A stretch of 64,000 nt of DNA from Podarcis tiliguerta (lineage: Eukaryota): the NCBI GenBank assembly GCA_965153285.1, contig OZ229115.1. One strand, 5' to 3'. The notes under the pieces were generated by a model. The model did no database searches and had not been told where the DNA came from. It worked only from the letters and a program-made list of their open reading frames with translations. Both the position numbers and the translations under genes were made by a program. Position 1 is the stretch's first letter. The number at the start of each line of letters is the position of its first letter. Shown here piece by piece: positions 24,960-37,535 of the stretch.

Positions 24960-25400
24960 CTAGAGCCCCCCGTGAGAACGGAGAGGTCTCCGGAATCCCT
25001 GCAAGAGCCATGCGGTTGCTACGCAACCTAGAGCTCCTTCGTGACGTCGAGGCGTTCTAGAACCCATCTCCGCCACCGTCCCAGCGGAAGACGCCGCTAA
25101 GGTTGCTTACGCCTCTGATTATTTCTGGTCCTCGGCTGCCCCCGTCCGCGCGCTTTTTACGTCATCCGATTGCGACAACCTGGAAGCAACGGTTTTTCGC
25201 AAACCAGGCGGCGTTGTGTTCGAGGTGAGGACTACCGGAAGGTAACGAGCAGCGTTGTGTCGCCTTAGAAGCCAGGAACGGGTGACTAGAGGTGAGGGGC
25301 TAAAGAGAATAGGTGCTGCGCGGGAGGCAATTGACACCCTTGGGCGTGTTTTCTCCTCCTAGGTTCTTAGCTTTTTATTGTTTTCTCTTTTCAGCGCCAT
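24960..25400. promoter_or_regulatory. CpG-rich bidirectional promoter, ZPBP-like (-) / SNAPC2 (+)
   Basis: CpG-dense; the two ATGs are 471 bp apart. X-box-like palindrome GGTTGCTACGCAACC 25014-25028; CRE-like TGACGTCG 25042-25049 and TTACGTCA 25157-25164; ETS core CCGGAAG 25235-25241. Confidence 0.75.
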
Positions 25401-27973
25401 GAAGCCGCCCTCCAGGCAGCGTTCAGCCCCTGCTCGCTACAGGACGGCCCCCACGAGCCAGGCTTGGACGGACCCAGAAAAGCGACGCCTTCTTCGGGCC
25501 TTGAGAGCTCACGGCCAGGGTCCGCTGCGGCCCGAGCTGTTGAAGAAGTACCTGCCTTCGAGGGATGAAGAAGAGGTGGGTGGCCACGTGGTGGAGGGCA
25601 GGATTCGAACTTGGCCGGGCTGTGAGCTTCCTAACAACCCCACGAGTTGGCGGACTGATGGCCAGCATGCAGGGTTTGGAGACGAGGACTCCATCTCTGG
25701 TCAGCCACGAGAGCTAGGTGGCCTTGGCAGATAAATCGTAAGGGACGACTGGGGAGGATGAATTGGGAGAGACTCCTTTTTTAATCCTTCTACACATTCA
25801 TACTGGCAAATCCTAGTTAAAGGGGAGTAATTGCAAACTTTCTGCCTTGAAGAAATACTCCATTTTTATGTTTTCAGAAAGTAGAATACTGTCTCCCAAA
25901 ACATTCCATGTATGTCCCCTAAGTTGTGCTGCTCTTGCAGATCATGGCATTTGTGGAGCACCTGAAAGAGCGTGTGGCAAAGGAAGCAGTCAAGGAACAA
26001 TATCAGTATCGCCAGCGTAAACAGAAGGATGCTCCTATTCCAGCACCTATTGAGGTATGAGAGTTTTAAAAGTGTAGGTAATGTGATATGGCACAACATA
26101 AGCTAAGGGCTATTCACACAACTGACACTTCCTTTTTTTGTTTTTTTAGATATGGACAGAGTTAGCTGAGAAATTGACAGGTCCCCTTGAGGATGCTATT
26201 GCAACTGCTTTTTCCCAGGTAACCTTTTCCATGATCTTAATAAGATAGGTATTGTTCTTGGTGTAGTAATTTAAGATATCTGTATGTCTCCATCTGACAA
26301 AATGTCTCTGAAATACATGGCTCTGTCCTGGTTCTTTTGGTTCTTTTATAACTTTTCAGACAGATTTAATGCTGGGAAATGTATTTGGTTTACTAGAGAA
26401 TCCCTGACTGCTTGGCATACAAAGTCCATACTTGATTGTGACTTTTTCTCTACTCATTAGGTTTGGACAATTGCATCTACTGAGCCACTCACCTTGCTCC
26501 ATTCCGTGCCTCCAAAGTCAGTGGTGATAAAGAATTCTCAATGTTCATCCCAAAATCTTCATTGTGAGAGTAGGAAATCCAACGAAGAATCTCATGAACC
26601 AACTGTATCATCAGATGTAGAGGAAACAGCCCCTGCAGAAAACAGTAGGTTCCATGTGGACTTTGAAAAGATCTACAAGTACCTTTCTGTGATCTCACGT
26701 GGCTGTAAGGCACCTGAACTCCCACCAGGTGGTAAGTCGGTGTTTGTCTTGGACCAAGATGAATTTAAATAACAGGCAGCTACTGGAAGAAATGTTTCTG
26801 CACTGGAATGTGACTCCAGGTAACCAAGACATCTACTACAGCATGCCTACTATATTCTTGGTGCCAGGCAAAAACATTTCTCCTTATGGAAGCTGCCTTA
26901 TTGAGTTTTATTTGCAATCATTCCATCCCTTCCTTTTTATTCTGTTGCTTTTTCTGTATTGTGCCATTTTTTCATCTGCTGTGGAGTTCTATTTCAGCTG
27001 AAGGGCTGGACACTAAATCTTAAAAATGCTTCCCATAAATGGAGCATCCCCTAGAACTGGAAACACTATGTGTCCTGTCAAAAACTGTACTCCTTCTGCC
27101 AAAACTTCCAACATATTTAGTGCTACTAAAAGCAACAACCACCTTGCTGGGCATAGTTGGGTAACCTTTGAGGTTACTGTTGTGGATGATGGGTGGGATT
27201 TGGGGGACTAAGGAAAACATTTCAGAAGGGAATTGTTTGTTTCTCCCCACTCCCCAGTGAAAATATGAGTGGCCCATGAGCGTGGAGACAGGGAGAGTTT
27301 TCCTAGGTGAGAGGAAGCAGCAACCTGTCATATAATGTAAAACAGATAAAAGGTTCTCATCAGATTTCCAGTCTTTAAAATAAAATTTCTTATATAGAAA
27401 GTTATCCTTAACCTCTAAGACGTAATTTTTAAAAATCTAAAATAGCTTAGCTGTTAATGTGAGAAAATTTACTCCTTCATTTGTTACACATGTTGGAGGC
27501 AGGGTGAAGTTTCAGAATCTGTAACTGGAGAGCAGGAGATAAAAAACCTATGTTTCTGCCAAAGTGAGTGTAGCCACTCTCCTCATACATTTTGCTTGCT
27601 TTCTGCAGAGTCAGCTGTGGTCCTAGATTTGCTACTGTCACTGCCAGAAGAGCTGGGCTTTCTAGACTTCAAGAAGCTGAAGAGTCACATGCACAAATGT
27701 TACACAGAGTTGAACACCCACTACACAGGTGAAAGAAGCAGAATGAAAGAGGGCAACCAGCCTGTAAGCAATAATGGGGAGCTATTTCCACATGTGCAGC
27801 CAGCTACTACTGGCTTACCACAACAGGAGGAGAGTAGTAGTTCTCCTACCACCTCCAAAGATGATGCAAGTTCTGCCTCTGCCATGGACTGGAAGACTCT
27901 GGGTATCTGCCCTTTGAATCCATTCTTGTTTCCTTTAGCTATCCTTGCACGTAAAGAAGAAAGCTTTGACTGA
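25399..27973 (+). CDS. SNAPC2: snRNA-activating protein complex subunit 2 (SNAP45), 5 coding exons, ~331 aa
   Basis: Exons 25399-25575, 25941-26054, 26150-26218, 26461-26731, 27609-27973 (GT-AG, 996 nt open). MKPPSRQRSAPARY...[43 protein letters not shown]...VDFEKIYKYLS...ESAVVLDLL...GICPLNPFLFPL match motifs I recall from SNAPC2. Confidence 0.93.
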
Positions 27974-29537
27974 GGGAACTGGATTCTGTGCTGCCCAGTA
28001 ATGAACTATGTCCTCTCATAACATGTGAGGGAAGACTAAACAAGCTTGCTGAGCTTTCCTTAGCCATGATCCCCCTCATCGTAGCATGGGGGTTAAGCAG
28101 CCTGACCTGCTCTTTTACACCTTGGCTCATGAGTATACTTGTTTTGTATTAATATTATATGTACACTGAAGTCTGGTCTTACTACTCCATGACAGCCGCT
28201 AGATCTTATTTGGCCAGTTGCTGTGTAGCAGCTCAGAGATGGCCTTGAGTGTTAATCTTGACCTTGTTCTACAGATCATTGTGGTTAGTATAATAAGTGA
28301 TGTTGGATATCATTCCTGAGTCACAGAGTAGTCAAATTATTTTGTAATAACCGTTTTTAAAAAAAAAAAAATATGGACCTGAAAAGTATCAGTTGCAAAG
28401 CTGTAATAATCTCATATTACTTGCCAAGTGCCTTTTGCCTTCTACCTGTAACATGCTCACCAGGGGTTACCATCAGTACATTTTGAGGAGTTATAGAAGC
28501 CATGAAGGCTTTAACTGAAATAAACTAGGCAAAGTTAACTTATAACATGCTTAGGAATGTTACTGTTAAGCAATGCTTGGTGATGCAGTATATCTTCTTG
28601 GAAGAAATGCCCCCCATCTACCACTAACACAATACTGAACTGTTATAGTGGTAGGCACTGAAGAATGCAAAGATGAAGTTACTATGTTATGGCATAGAAG
28701 CATAAATGCTACAGCAGCCTGTGTCAAAACCTAAACCCTCCATGTAGCATTAGTACTTCTTTTATTAAGGAGATATTAGCATGGATATACTTGGACTCAT
28801 AACAGCTCATAGCAGTATTTGCCATAAACTGGTGGAACTGGGGAAAGAAACATAACATAACTAGCACCTTAAGTAATTATTACTTCAAACATAGACTCAA
28901 TGCACTTCTCAAAATCTGAATTTTAACTGAACCATGTTAACTTGGGAAGAAGTTTTTAGCTCCTAAATTGGCAACATGCATATATAGTTTAACAAATTGT
29001 TACAATTTAGCATCTTTGCTTTATTTATTTTATTTGAAGAGGCCTCCTGTAGAGAATGTAAGTAACAGGCAGGTCCTAGAAGACTAGTGTGCCATCTTTG
29101 TAAACTCAAGACTCTTGGCATGTCATACACCCATTATGTGCTGCACTGAGAGCAACAATTTCGTTCACTTTTATGTCCTTTAAAAATAAAGTGCATTCTT
29201 TATTATTCAGTGTGTCAAACTCTTGCCATAGGTACAATACTGTCAATGCAGATGTTTGAATTAAAAGACTTACTAAAGGTATGATAGCAGAACATCTTAC
29301 TGCCATTCTAATAACAATTTTTGGTAAAAAAATGACATTTAGGTTCATCTCTTGAACTATGATAGTCTATGGAAAATGTTTCCAGGATGTTGTTCTACTG
29401 CTAGAAAACCGAGTGATCCTGGAAGTATCAGGAGCTGCAGTGCAGAAAATCCATGAGCTGATTCTCCATGGAAGAAGTTTCCCACTTAGTGGTGTAGATT
29501 CAATAAAAGTACAAGGAGCAATAAAAGTATGTCAAGT

Positions 29538-32500
29538 TCAGGCAGCTTCTTCATTTTCTTTATTAGCTTGAATAGAGGAGTGTAGCAAAGCCTAAAGAAC
29601 AAAAGTAACAAGTTATACACAGCTACTCACATTTTGTATGATCCCCCAGGGGTGGAGGAAGAAGGGGTGGGCCGCCCCAGGTGTTGCCACTGAGGGGGGT
29701 GACAAAATGCAGGGCGGCACTCACCACAGGGCCCGCATCGCGCCTGAGCCACGCGTCTCTCCTGGGAGTAACACAATGGCTTGGGTAGGGCAGGCTCCAC
29801 ACTGCCCCAAACGGTCCACTCGACGCCTCTCCCTCAGCTGTAGGGCGGCTGAGTGGGAGGTGGCAGGCAGACTCCTCGGAGGCCCCACAGAACGTCCTGC
29901 CCCGGCTTGGGTGGCCCCCGCCCCTGGGCACAGGGCATGTGTGCCTCCCCAGGTGCCCAATCAGCTTGCTCCGCCACTGTGATCCCGGGGGGCGGGGGAC
30001 ATTTCTGCCATATGGAAGGAAGGGGCAAGGATTCACTATGACCTTCCACTACTTTTTTCTTTAATAAAGTGTGGGCTTGTAACAGTATATTCTTCTTCGG
30101 AGAGGGAAATGTAGGGAAGATACATTTTGCAATTAGGGCTGCAGACAGATAATCACTCAAGAGCATTGTGTCTATTTCAGGGTTACAGAGGAATGGTGGC
30201 CAGATATCCCTAATTCACAAAGCCCTTAGTCACCTGTGGCCCTTGTTCCAGGCTCCTATATTGCCCTTTCTCCCACCCTCCTCCCTTTGCAGTTTATACA
30301 ACACAAAATCAGAATATCTACGTTGCAGATGGTTATGGTAGCCTAGTGGCAGATTATCACTTTACCTGGGTTAGAAATTTGTCTCTCTTCAAGTGTCTGT
30401 AGAACTGCAACACGTATGGATTGGCTCTCACTACCTTGGGATCAAAATCCAGAACACGAAGACCTGCAAGGCTACGTGCTCGAGAAAGTGCTACATAAGC
30501 CTGGCCAAATTCAAAAACACGAGCCAAGGAAATCTCAACGCAGTCCAGAGACATACCCTAGTAAAAGAGAGAAAGTCAGGAAGCAGATACTCCCTAGTTA
30601 CGGTATTCTGATAAGTATGTGCACCCCCAGTACAGTAAAGTACCTATATTTTTTATGTATGATGTTTGATTGCACAAAATGGGTACCAGGCAAATAGGAA
30701 GAATTAACACTGCTGAACGACATTTCCACAGTTCCCTCACCCTTTATAATTTTGTTTGCAGGGTAGTGTGATTTTCGATATTTTCTAGAACAGCCACATG
30801 TTGCAAGGAAAACAGCTTGAGTTTGATTGGTGTACAGGATTGGTCTGCCTAGATTCCACTGACTTATAATTAATTGGGGCAAAAGAAGACAAGCAGATTC
30901 TTACAGATTCTGCATAGATGTGGGGTCCAACTGGTAACATCCAACATTTGGTGGGAGCTTTAGTACAGATAAACCTAGATAAACACAAGTTCCTTAAAGA
31001 CGTCCCATTATGGACCATTTTTACTGTCTTGAGTTCTTGTACAGAATATCACACAATGTATCACTAACCTGGCTCTTGTGGATGGAAATGGCCCAGGCAA
31101 GTTTCAGCGGCAGCTGCTGGCGACTCAGATAAATTCCTGCTGGTCCCTTAAAAACCCATCGTTCCAACCCAACAACATTAGTGACACCACACAGAAATCT
31201 CACTTTCGGTAGCCCTGTAGAAAGAGAGCCAAGTCAGAACTTTGATCTCCTATGCCCAGGAGTCAAGGGGCAGGTAACCTCCCAAATATCTATTGTCTTT
31301 AAGGAGATACTGCAAGGCAGCCTAGAACTCATCCACTTGAGTTCTTGCAAATGGGACGCCAATAGAATAGCAGCTCATGTACAAAAAACTGGATGGCAAA
31401 GAACAGCAACTATGTCTCAAAAAATCCTCCACCTCTGGCACAGTGCAGAGGCACCCACCAAAGTTTCATTGTGAATCTAGAAGAGTTCAGACACAGTCCG
31501 AAGAACACCCAGTCATGGGTGATAAGTGCATCTGTCAGAAACTAACCTTTTCCTTCTGTTTCAAATCCAATCACAACTCCACGAGCCCCATTCACAAGAC
31601 CTTGGGACACATCAAGATTCTTAGTAAGCATCACCTAGTGAAAGAATGTAAAAATTACTAATGAAGAAAAACATCCTAGCTTTCACCTCTCCAGTCAGTC
31701 GACTTTTTTGTACATAGTCAGCATTAACAGTAGAGTCTCAAGAACTGCCACTGAAAACAAGAATGTCCCCACCCTGTTCCTTGGGTAGAGAAAGCCTCAT
31801 ACTTGTTTGGATGTTATTCATTGTATACACTTATCCTGCTTTTCAAGAAGGCAGCACACAAGGTAGATAACCAAACGAACAGTCAAATATTAAATACATA
31901 CATATGAGACCAGAAAAAACCCAGTAATCCATCTAATAAAGTGAATAATGCGTTGAAAATGGTAACTGGTCTCAGTTAAACTTTAATACTACAATACAAT
32001 CACAGTTAAACAGCATCACAGATTTGCCACCCATATTTAATAGCTGGGTGCAGCTCTTAAAAGTCAAGGACTCTGTGGCATTTGGCATGGCCTGACTTCC
32101 CAGTTTTAAGGTTTAAAAGTTATCGAAAGCAGTGCACAACCAGCTCAAATAAAGCAAATGGCAGCCACTAGGGTCCATAAGAGTATCATTTCACTCAGCT
32201 GATACTCTAGGTTCTGTCATGTAAAGATCTGTCCAACCTAGCCATGGCAGTGCAGGTAACAATTCCTGAGAAGCTATAATCAGTGCTAGCCAGCCACGCA
32301 TTTGTAAGAGAGAAATCAGTATTAATAGAATGCAAGGAGTAATTGAATTGCTCAGCAGGTGAAATACTGAGCACATATAAATAGTTTGCAGATGTGCCCA
32401 AGCCTATAGCTCTGACATTCCAAGCTACAGTCAACAATTACCTGTAAGTGCCACCATGACACCCTCAGACAAACTATATAATAGATATTTGTTATAGAAA

Positions 32501-35500
32501 CCATTCATTTTACAATTACTCTGCTTGCCTGCTCCTGTAAGATCCAGCCAGCATTTGCCTGTAACACTTTATGCTGTCATATTCTGCATCAAGAGGACTC
32601 CAGTATCCTAGGGTTGGGGACCCCTTTTGTGAGACCCCATGGGAAAGGTAAAGAATACAGGACTGTGGTGCTAGTGTGAGAAGCAGATAACATAAAAACC
32701 TTTCCCCCCACAAAAAAAGCAAAATTCCATTGCCTACTAAAGAACCGCCTCTCGCTTGGGCAATGCTCACCTGGGCACCTTGCTTAAGTTCAATGTTGCT
32801 GCTTACTGGACACTGTGCATCAAGAGTTTTCACCAGTACAGGGTCACTATCCGCTGCCTTGAAGGACCTTCGTTCTCCTAGAAGACAGACAAGATGTAAA
32901 AAACTTGCATCCCTCCTGCCTGATGTGTTTTGAAAGGGTTACTCCCCAATAGCTGAGCTGCATGTAGGGGGCTCTGTTTCATCCTTCCACAGCCCCAGGT
33001 GTTGTGAGCTCCAAGTATTAGGCTCTGCACACTATTCTGAAAGCATAATTCTGTAAAATTCCAGAATTCCATACAATACATATCATAACATGTTTCCCAC
33101 TTCTGCAGATATCAGCAACAGAAGAAAATATTATAAAATAAATAAATGTGTCCTTGTATTCACCTATCAAAAAGCGGTGCAAGAATATCAGGACTGGAAA
33201 ACTTAACTATTGGTGTCAGTAGGATGTATTGCCTAATTTTATAATGGTCTTGTGTTGTTTTATTCAGAAAGAAGAGGGGAAGGCCAGTTCCCAAGGGTTG
33301 GTTCCCAGCTCTTAGCTGAAAGTCTGTCTCTAAAAGGAAAGGGCTACTTGTCACAGTTGGAGTCATTGCAGCATTCTCACCAGGCAACTCATCCAGCCTT
33401 CTAGCATTTGTGAGCTCCACATCATCCTTGTGCGTACACAACCGGGTAGCCAAGATTCCATCTTTCTCCACCCGATGGGTAGCTGTTAGAGTTAGCTGTC
33501 TGGTAACCTCCTCTGTGCATCTGAATGGGGACAATTAAAATTAAGAAGACATTTGTATCTGATGAGAAACATTGAAGACCAAGAAGAACTATCAGGCTTG
33601 CTACTGCGCCCATTCAAATTACTTTCCATGAGAACATGAGGCTGTAACCAGCACCAAAACATGGAGATCAACTCTGCATCGCTAGTATATGAGCAAGGAT
33701 GCTTGCAGGTGAAGGAATACCCCAGCAAGCACAGTACCTCTAAATTCCCCATTCCTCCAAACCCAGTGTCTCCCAGCATTTCTCCATGGTTCCTCAAAGA
33801 GTACTGGACCCAAATTTCAAACAGTGCAATGAGTTTAAATGAAGAATTGGAGCAGGCCAGCCAACTTGACAGAAGCAGCTATATCAGCATTCAAATGTTT
33901 GGTGATGTCTCTCTAGACATAGGACTTCCACCCCAAGAGATTAGAATCTCCCCAGCCCATTCTGCTGGGGGACGATGGCATCTCACCTGCCCAGGCGGAC
34001 AGTATGCAGAAGAGAAATGAAGTCCCTGTCAGTCTGCCTCCGCACCTCTGTCAGCTCCATGTTCAGGTGGATACACCTGCGCCAGCTCTTTGCCTGTGAA
34101 GGAAACCCTTTGATCAAACTATAGCTCGGCCTGTGACAAGAGCATGCAGTGACAAAGAGCAACAGCAGCACACCTGGAAACAGAACCTGGGCTGCTCGGA
34201 GGATTTGCTGACAGGAGGCAGCTGCAAGAAGTCTCCACATACGATGAGTTGGATTCCTCCAAATGGGTCCTCACATTTCCTGACCGCTCTACCAAAAGAG
34301 AATGGAGACACCTTCAGGGAGCTGATTTTATTCTGGTCCAAGAGAAAAGAAATGCAATACCCTAGGCCAAGGATGGGAAGCCTGTGGCCCTCCAGATGTT
34401 GTTCTACTGCAGTTCCCATGATGCCTAGCTGTTGGTCATGCTGCTTGGGACTGATGGGAATTGTAATCCAATTGCATCTGGAAGATTCCCTGTTCCTGTT
34501 TCCCTTGCAACACTTACACATGCTCTGCATACGCTAAGACAGAGTAACAAATATAATTCAGTTCTGCTTCTCTCTGTGGCTGCAAACCCCCCTTCTAGGA
34601 CCACATTATACTTAAGGAGTCATTTTAGAACTATTGTGCATGGACAGGAGCATGGGAAACAGACAGGACTGAAGCACAGAGATGGCAATGCTGACTGGTG
34701 GCTCTGGGTGGACACTGGCCACAGCGTTCCCAAAACTAGATGTGGGACTGAAGAGAATACACGGGCAAAGCTGTGAGTGTGAGACTGTTTGCTGCAGAAT
34801 TGCATCAAGTGCCTGCTTAGGCAAAACTTTAGAACAACTATGCAGTGTTTTGTCTTCTGCCCTATTAATACCCTCCCCAAAGCCATGTACACACAGGATT
34901 AATGCAAGTGCAGCAATATCCCCCAAAAGGAAGACTCCACCCACCTAGCTACTGCCTCCAGTTTATCAAAGAAATCCCCCTCCACCATAGAGATTTCATC
35001 TATGATCAGATGGCGGCTGTTCAGCCATTGCTGCCGAATTCCGGGTCTCTGAGCCAGCTCAATGCACTGATGTAGGGAGGCCTTTCCTGACCCGATACCT
35101 ATCAAAGGAGCGGGGAAAGAGTATGTCAGCAGTAACCCATCACTAGGCTCTTTTCCGCTTCCCTCCTTTCCCAGGATCCCAGTTACCTGCAAAGGCATGG
35201 AGAGTAGTGCCACCGATCTGACATGCTGCCACCCCTGTGCTGGCTGTGGCGTAAGTGCTGTTTGGAGGCAGCGAGGCTATGATCTTTTTCAGCAGGTAGG
35301 ATTTCCCAGTCCCTACAGAGAGAGCCCTTGTATTTAGAGGCACACAATCTAAATTTCAGTTTTACAATTACTCCAGCACCATTCATACTTCCCTTCAAAG
35401 CGGAACCATTTAAATGGCAAGAGGCAGATGCAAAACTTGATCAGTTTTAGAAGTGACACCTAGATTGTAAATCAAAGTCGACTCAATGGTATCTGCCTCT

Positions 35501-37123
35501 CATAAATCTCCATCTGCCCCATGCCACTACCCCAAAAAGGAGAGACATCAGAATCACCAACTTTACATACCTTAAATCCCAGGTTTATTCAGTGGAAGGA
35601 ATGCAAGATTCCCACTATAGTAGATGAAGCCACTACAACCTTTAACCTGCAAACGCACAGACCCTCCTTGACCCTCTTCTCTCACCAGCACTGCCTGTGA
35701 AGAAAACATTCTTCCCACTCAGCACTGCATTCAACACCATTGACTGTTCCTGGGAGAGTTTTGCTCGGGAGCACATGGACCAAGTCTTCTTCACCTGCTG
35801 CTTTTCAGCCACCTGAAAAGAGCACAGAAACCTGCCTTATGCTGAGTCAGACCAGTGGCTCATCTTGTTCAGTACTGTATCCACTGACTGGGAGCAGCTT
35901 CAGACAGGGGTGTTTTTAGCCCCACCTGGAGATTATGTGGGTTGAGCCTATGACATTCTGCCTGCATAACAGAACTTAATACATTCCCCAAAAGGCAAAC
36001 TCCTCTGAATCCAAAGTGCTCATGAGAATTTTCCATCCCATCTCTCTTGATTACAGCAGCCAGAAAGGAGAATGCCTCTCTTACCCAGTGGGATAGTTCT
36101 TTGAATTTCAATTGGACCAAAGAAGCCTTACGTTCAAATAAAATAATAATTTGACCTTGCCCATACTACTACGGAAGTTCTGCTCAGGTATCCGCCAGTA
36201 AGACCAGCATGCATTGGAGAAAGGGCCTACTCTGTGGTGGTCTCAGTTATGGAACTTGCTAAGTGAGTTTCTGAAGTGCTTAAGGAGTGCATGAATCTGT
36301 CACTCTGCATAACCACAACTTCAGCATATGGGATTAGCAGGTGAGTATGTCCACTTTTCAGAAACTAGCCACCACTCTTATGCCAAGGATGGGGAACCTC
36401 CGGGTATCCTTGGACTCCAACTCCCAGCAGTCCCAGCCAGCACTGCCAGACCATGGGTGATGGGGGTTGGAGTCCAACAATACCTGGACGGCCAGAGATC
36501 CTTTTGTTATGGGCAGCTCCCGGCTAGATCATGCTTTCCGGCAGAAGCTGGCTCACCTGTTTCCCATCGATGGACTCACTTCGGATCCGCTTCCGAGACG
36601 CGCAGCGTAAGGGCTGACCTTTCCGCGGGGTGCTTGTCACGTCAGTCAGAGCCTGCCGGGCGCTCGCCTGCTGCAAGTCGCGAGTCTGCACCGGGCTCAC
36701 CGTGTCGAACGTCCGCGGTAGGCCAGCGAGAAGCCGCGTTCGCTCGGCCACAGGCTTGGTCCCCCTCTGGGCGGCTGCGTGCTTGATGCGCAGCGTGTGG
36801 ACGAAGCGGCGCAGCCGATCCGGAGGACAATTAGAGAGCAGCAGCTGCACGTGATTGTGGTTTGCACCGAGCTGCACTGAGCTCTTCCCCTCCTTCACGA
36901 AGCGTGTGAACAGCCGCACTTCACCCCGCCGCAAGGGGAAATCCTGGGGGCGCCCCGGACCGGCGGCGCTGGCCACTTGCAGAACCAGCTCCTGGAACTC
37001 GTCCCGGCCCAGTGTGACCCAAGCATCGCGGAGAAGCACACGATTCGGGGCTGCTGCAGCACCCAGGTACTCGATCGCTACAGTGCAACGAACCCGACCG
37101 TCCACTTCGGAGCCTGGTTGCAT
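29538..37123 (-). CDS. PIF1: ATP-dependent 5'-3' DNA helicase PIF1, 12 coding exons, ~640 aa
   Basis: Exons (-): 37123-36557, 35812-35686, 35312-35187, 35098-34945, 34288-34174, 34093-33987, 33520-33381, 32877-32771, 31634-31547, 31214-31069, 30557-30366, 29591-29538 (1923 nt open). Motifs: FFTGSAGTGKS (Walker A, split by an intron), [66 protein letters not shown]. Confidence 0.97.
29628..29980. mobile_element. GC-rich interspersed element (probably a non-autonomous DNA transposon) in the last PIF1 intron
   Basis: Abrupt GC/CpG-rich island ending in ..gctccgccactg; a similar terminus (cagtggcagagc) starts the GC-rich insert at 60473-60660. Confidence 0.5.
35830..35965 (-). mobile_element. 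Squam3-like SINE fragment
   Basis: Reverse-complement match to the 3' part of 38136-38312 (ctgccttatgctgagtcagacca..). Confidence 0.55.
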
Positions 37124-37129
37124 TCCGTC

Positions 37130-37535
37130 CGACTGAAAACAAGGAGGCAACGCAGAAGTCTAGACCAGCTAAAATGTCTGTATTGAAAAGACGCCGACTT
37201 CTTGCTGCCTTTCCCTTTCGCGTTGATTTCGGCAGCCACTTATTTCTCCCATGTGCCTAAATAACTCTTCCAGCCGTGCCTTCGCTTCTCCCGCAAGCGG
37301 ATTCAAACCTTTAACGGGGTCGCAGCAGCCAATCAGCGCTGCGGGAGATTTAACTCCTCGGCCAATGAAAAAGAGAAGGGGCGCGGTCAGAATCCCGGCG
37401 CAACTTTCGGCTGCGACGTTCCGCTCGGTTGCTAGGATACGAAAAGGTGGGGAAACGCCGCCCGCAACATACACGAAGGGCATTTCGGGGCGCTCCGGGC
37501 ACGTTCTAAATAGCCTCCCCCGCAGATAGCGGCAC
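37130..37535. promoter_or_regulatory. CpG-rich bidirectional promoter, PIF1 (-) / CFAP144 (+)
   Basis: CHR-like TTTGAA on the minus strand (37302-37307); CCAAT boxes at 37329 and 37362 (33 bp apart); X-box-like GTTGCTAGGATAC 37428-37440. Confidence 0.75.

Noticed and set aside
29623-30166. Cluster of Gly/Pro/Arg-rich ORFs (also 60314-61046)
   Set aside because: They arise from GC-rich intronic repeat insertions or are antisense to real exons.
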